From positions 2,294,001 through 2,358,000 of the forward strand of contig JAUPSS010000001.1 in assembly GCA_040285825.1 (NCBI GenBank): a DNA stretch of 64,000 nucleotides, in the 5' to 3' direction. The position numbers and the translations under genes were made by a program. The notes under the pieces are model-generated. The model did no database searches. It worked only from the letters and a program-made list of their open reading frames with translations, and had not been told where the DNA came from. This document shows, in pieces, positions 61,136-64,000 of this stretch; the first letter of the stretch is position 1; each line of letters begins with the position of its first letter. Origin of the DNA: Eukaryota sp. TZLM1-RC (lineage: Eukaryota > Protista > Metamonada: BaSk clade).

Positions 61136-61914
61136 AATTTAATGCTATTGAAGGGGCACAAGATCTTAAATATTGGGTTATTCTATCAGTATGACAAATT
61201 TTAAGCACGAAAAATTGAACATGTTTTACTAAATCCAAAGAAGCAATTGAATCAATTTGAATTTTCATGACAAGACCGGTCAAAGATTTTCAGAGATGAT
61301 TAAGAGAATCATTTGGTGCAGATTTCAAAAGGCAATTTTTCAAGTTCATAACTCATTCAAATACACAGTAGAATTAGGATATCAGAATTGACAATCTTTA
61401 GGAAATTTATTAGAAAATTCATAATGTTTTTTTCGACTTCCCAAAAGCACTGATCAGCACAGATTTCAGAACTATGTAACGCCAATACCTTTTGAAATTG
61501 CTGGAAAAAAATGACTTTTCAACTTTAATGGACTTACATCCAGTGAATCAGTAGAGAATTAGTTTGTATTGCAGTCATAAATTCATGCATTTATCCCCCT
61601 TTGAACATGTTCAACGACTATCAGTCTTTGGTAAATAAGTTTGCTCAATGGGGGTAGATAACTTGAGGCCAATAAAACAAAAAATATAAAAAAATATAAA
61701 ACAAAAATATTACCATAATAAGAATAATATATCAAATATTTTCAGTGTAGTGACGACCATTGAGTTCATTTCCTGCAACAGTAATGAATCAATGTGGCTC
61801 CAACGACACAGGTTTACCGATCATTTCGTAAATGTCTGGTTGAACTGAGGTACTTTTAAACCAAACATAACAGTGACAAAATTAGACAACTATAAAAATA
61901 TGTTTCTACTGTTA

Positions 61915-62612
61915 TTCAACTTACACACTAGACAAAATTATATCAGAACTAATGGGACGAAATTCATTGAACCAAGATTTCCTCTACAAAATCTTGATCT
62001 GCTTGCTGTCTAGCTAAAGCTTCTCTAATTCGATTGAAAAACCAAGGTAATCTATTAATAATGGCAAATTGAATCCGAAAGCGCCATAAAAAATATCAAA
62101 TCTTTTCATTGTTTTTTCTTGAACCATTCTTTTTGGAAATCATTCAAAAAAGTTCCTGCTTCTACTGATAGTCTTCCGTTTATCGAAAATGGGAAAGCAA
62201 TTAAATCAAGTGGTCTATTTCTACCAGCATTAGCTTCTTCAATATTTTTGTCATATTCTCTATGTTTTTGTTTAGCTTTAAATTCAAGAGAACTTACAGG
62301 ATTAAGTTTTCTTCTTTGAACCAAAGTTTCATTTGCAACATTACAGGAGACAAAGTCAACAACAGCTTCAAAGTTCTCAATCCAATCACAGGATACATCA
62401 CCTCTATCATCTGAACCAAAACTATTCAATGACAGTGTTTCCTTCAGTAGAGGCTCTTTGATACACGAAATTCTTGCAGTTAGTGCCATATTGAAAACAG
62501 TGTCTCTGACAGCATCATGTAATGAAGAACGATAAGTGATCAATTTCAAACAATTCAAAGCATGACACAAAGTGAGTTGAGGTGAATTCGAACAAATACA
62601 TTTTTCTTCCTA
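61915..62612 (-). mobile_element. Diverged family A non-LTR 3' fragment
   Basis: HALNC..HDAVRD..RGD..DFVEEILV. Confidence 0.88.
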
Positions 62613-62689
62613 TAAAAATAGTAATTGGCGAATCTACTATTGACATTTTTTCCACACATGAGAATTCAGACTAGGTTTCTTTAAAGTTG

Positions 62690-64000
62690 CCGAAAATTCT
62701 TCTTCGGCAATTCTTAAATTTTTTTTTAAATTTTTACGTTAGTGTGCTTTGCTTTAAGCTTCAACTTAGAAGAAGATCAAAAAGATGACAAAAAATGTGT
62801 TTTTTGTCAAAAACTTGTTGCTGTCAATGATTCTGGTCGACCTTTACTTTTTTTTGATTCTTGTGTTGCTGCTGATCAGCTACGTTGTCCCATTCGTGTT
62901 CCTGCTCAGCTTAGTCCGTTGGCTTCGATACCTTTTGCTGTTGTTCTTCGTGCTTTTACTGAAAATCTCCGTAAAGGATTATGGGATGTCACACCGATTT
63001 GGAAGTTTTTTCGAAAGAAAAATTAGTAAGAAAATTAGCTTTAAAAGGACGTTTTGGATCTGCAAAGCAATGTCTATTTTCTTCTGATTTAGTTGAATGT
63101 TATGAGAGCACATTGTTCCAATTGAATCATCTTCATCCAGAAGAAAATTTTCATTGTCCTAATCAAGATTCAGTTGATTATTGGCTGCAAAATCCTGTCA
63201 ATGCTTCAGAGGTGTTGAAACTGATTCAGCTAATGCCTACTGGAAATGCTCCTGGGCCGTCTTTGTTAAATTCTGACATGATCAAATCAGCTGTTGGACA
63301 GTGTCCTGAAATTGCTGATAATCTTGTTCTTTTTTTTAACAATCGCCTTACGTTAAAAATTAAAGTCCCTTTTGAGATGACCAATGCTCGCTTAATTGCC
63401 CTCAAAAAAAGTCAATCCAAAATCTGACCAATTGCAATTGGAGAATCGTTTTCAAGAATTCTTGCGTCTCTTGTTTTCAATAGAATTGGGAAAAAAGCCA
63501 AATAATTTTTCAGTCCATTTCAATTTGGAATCAAGACAATTGATGGTGCTTCATCTGCTGCTCTTTCATCTGATGTGTTTTTTAATTCTAGTGATTCTAA
63601 TTACATCTTCAATTTAAATTTTAAGAATGCTTTTAATTCTGTATTTCGTTGTTCCATATTGCTTTTGCTGCGAATGCATTTTCCTGAAGTTGAGCCTTTT
63701 TTCTATTCATTTTAAGGAAAATCATCAACATTGGTCTATGAAAACTTTGACCTGCTTTCTTCTTCAGGTGTTAAACAAGGAGATCCACTTGGTCCTTTTT
63801 TTGTCTGGCAATTCGTCCTTTAATGTGCGAATTAAAAGAAAAATTCCCAGAAATAGATATTGTAGCATTTATGGATGACATTTCTGTAATTGCTCCTATT
63901 ACAATTCTGAAACAATTAGCAACGTTTATTCAACAGCATTATAAAGATATTGGTCTCTCATTGAATATCTCCAAATGTTTGATTATTGGCCATGAATTAA
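62690..64000 (+). mobile_element. 5' part of a degenerate CRE-like non-LTR element (runs off the window end)
   Basis: APGPS, ARLIAL, PIAIGE, QFGI, FKNAFNSV, GVKQGDPLGP, FMDD. Confidence 0.85.

Noticed and set aside
1-64000. Alternative genetic code explaining in-frame stops
   Set aside because: Host genes read as long standard-code ORFs ending in TAA, TAG or TGA; internal stops are confined to decayed TEs and pseudogenes.

Overview
AT-rich eukaryotic DNA, most likely from an anaerobic flagellated protist. This is an inference from 29-31 nt spliceosomal introns, methionine gamma-lyase, a bacterial-type CoA-disulfide reductase-rhodanese and a tubulin deglutamylase. Mobile DNA dominates the window. 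There are four Ty3/gypsy-type LTR elements with very short LTRs (79-228 bp): one degenerate, one lacking RT/RNase H, one near-intact that abuts a tRNA-Ile gene, and one 831-bp TRIM-like mini-element. About 20 pieces of at least six families of RT+restriction-like-endonuclease (CRE-like) non-LTR retrotransposons are also present, including one full-length 3.3-kb copy with a TSD, plus degenerate hAT transposons and two hAT MITEs. Host genes are methionine gamma-lyase, cytosolic carboxypeptidase, an RCC1/LRR-like protein, CoADR-rhodanese, two small hydrophilic paralogs, a palindromic head-to-head pair of AT-hook/HTH genes, a CTU1-like pseudogene and three tRNAs. The most notable signal is that three unrelated LTR elements carry a self-complementary palindrome across the 5'LTR/primer-binding-site junction instead of an adjacent canonical tRNA PBS, which suggests a non-standard priming or dimerisation mechanism. 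Many single-base frameshifts fall in homopolymers and may be assembly errors.
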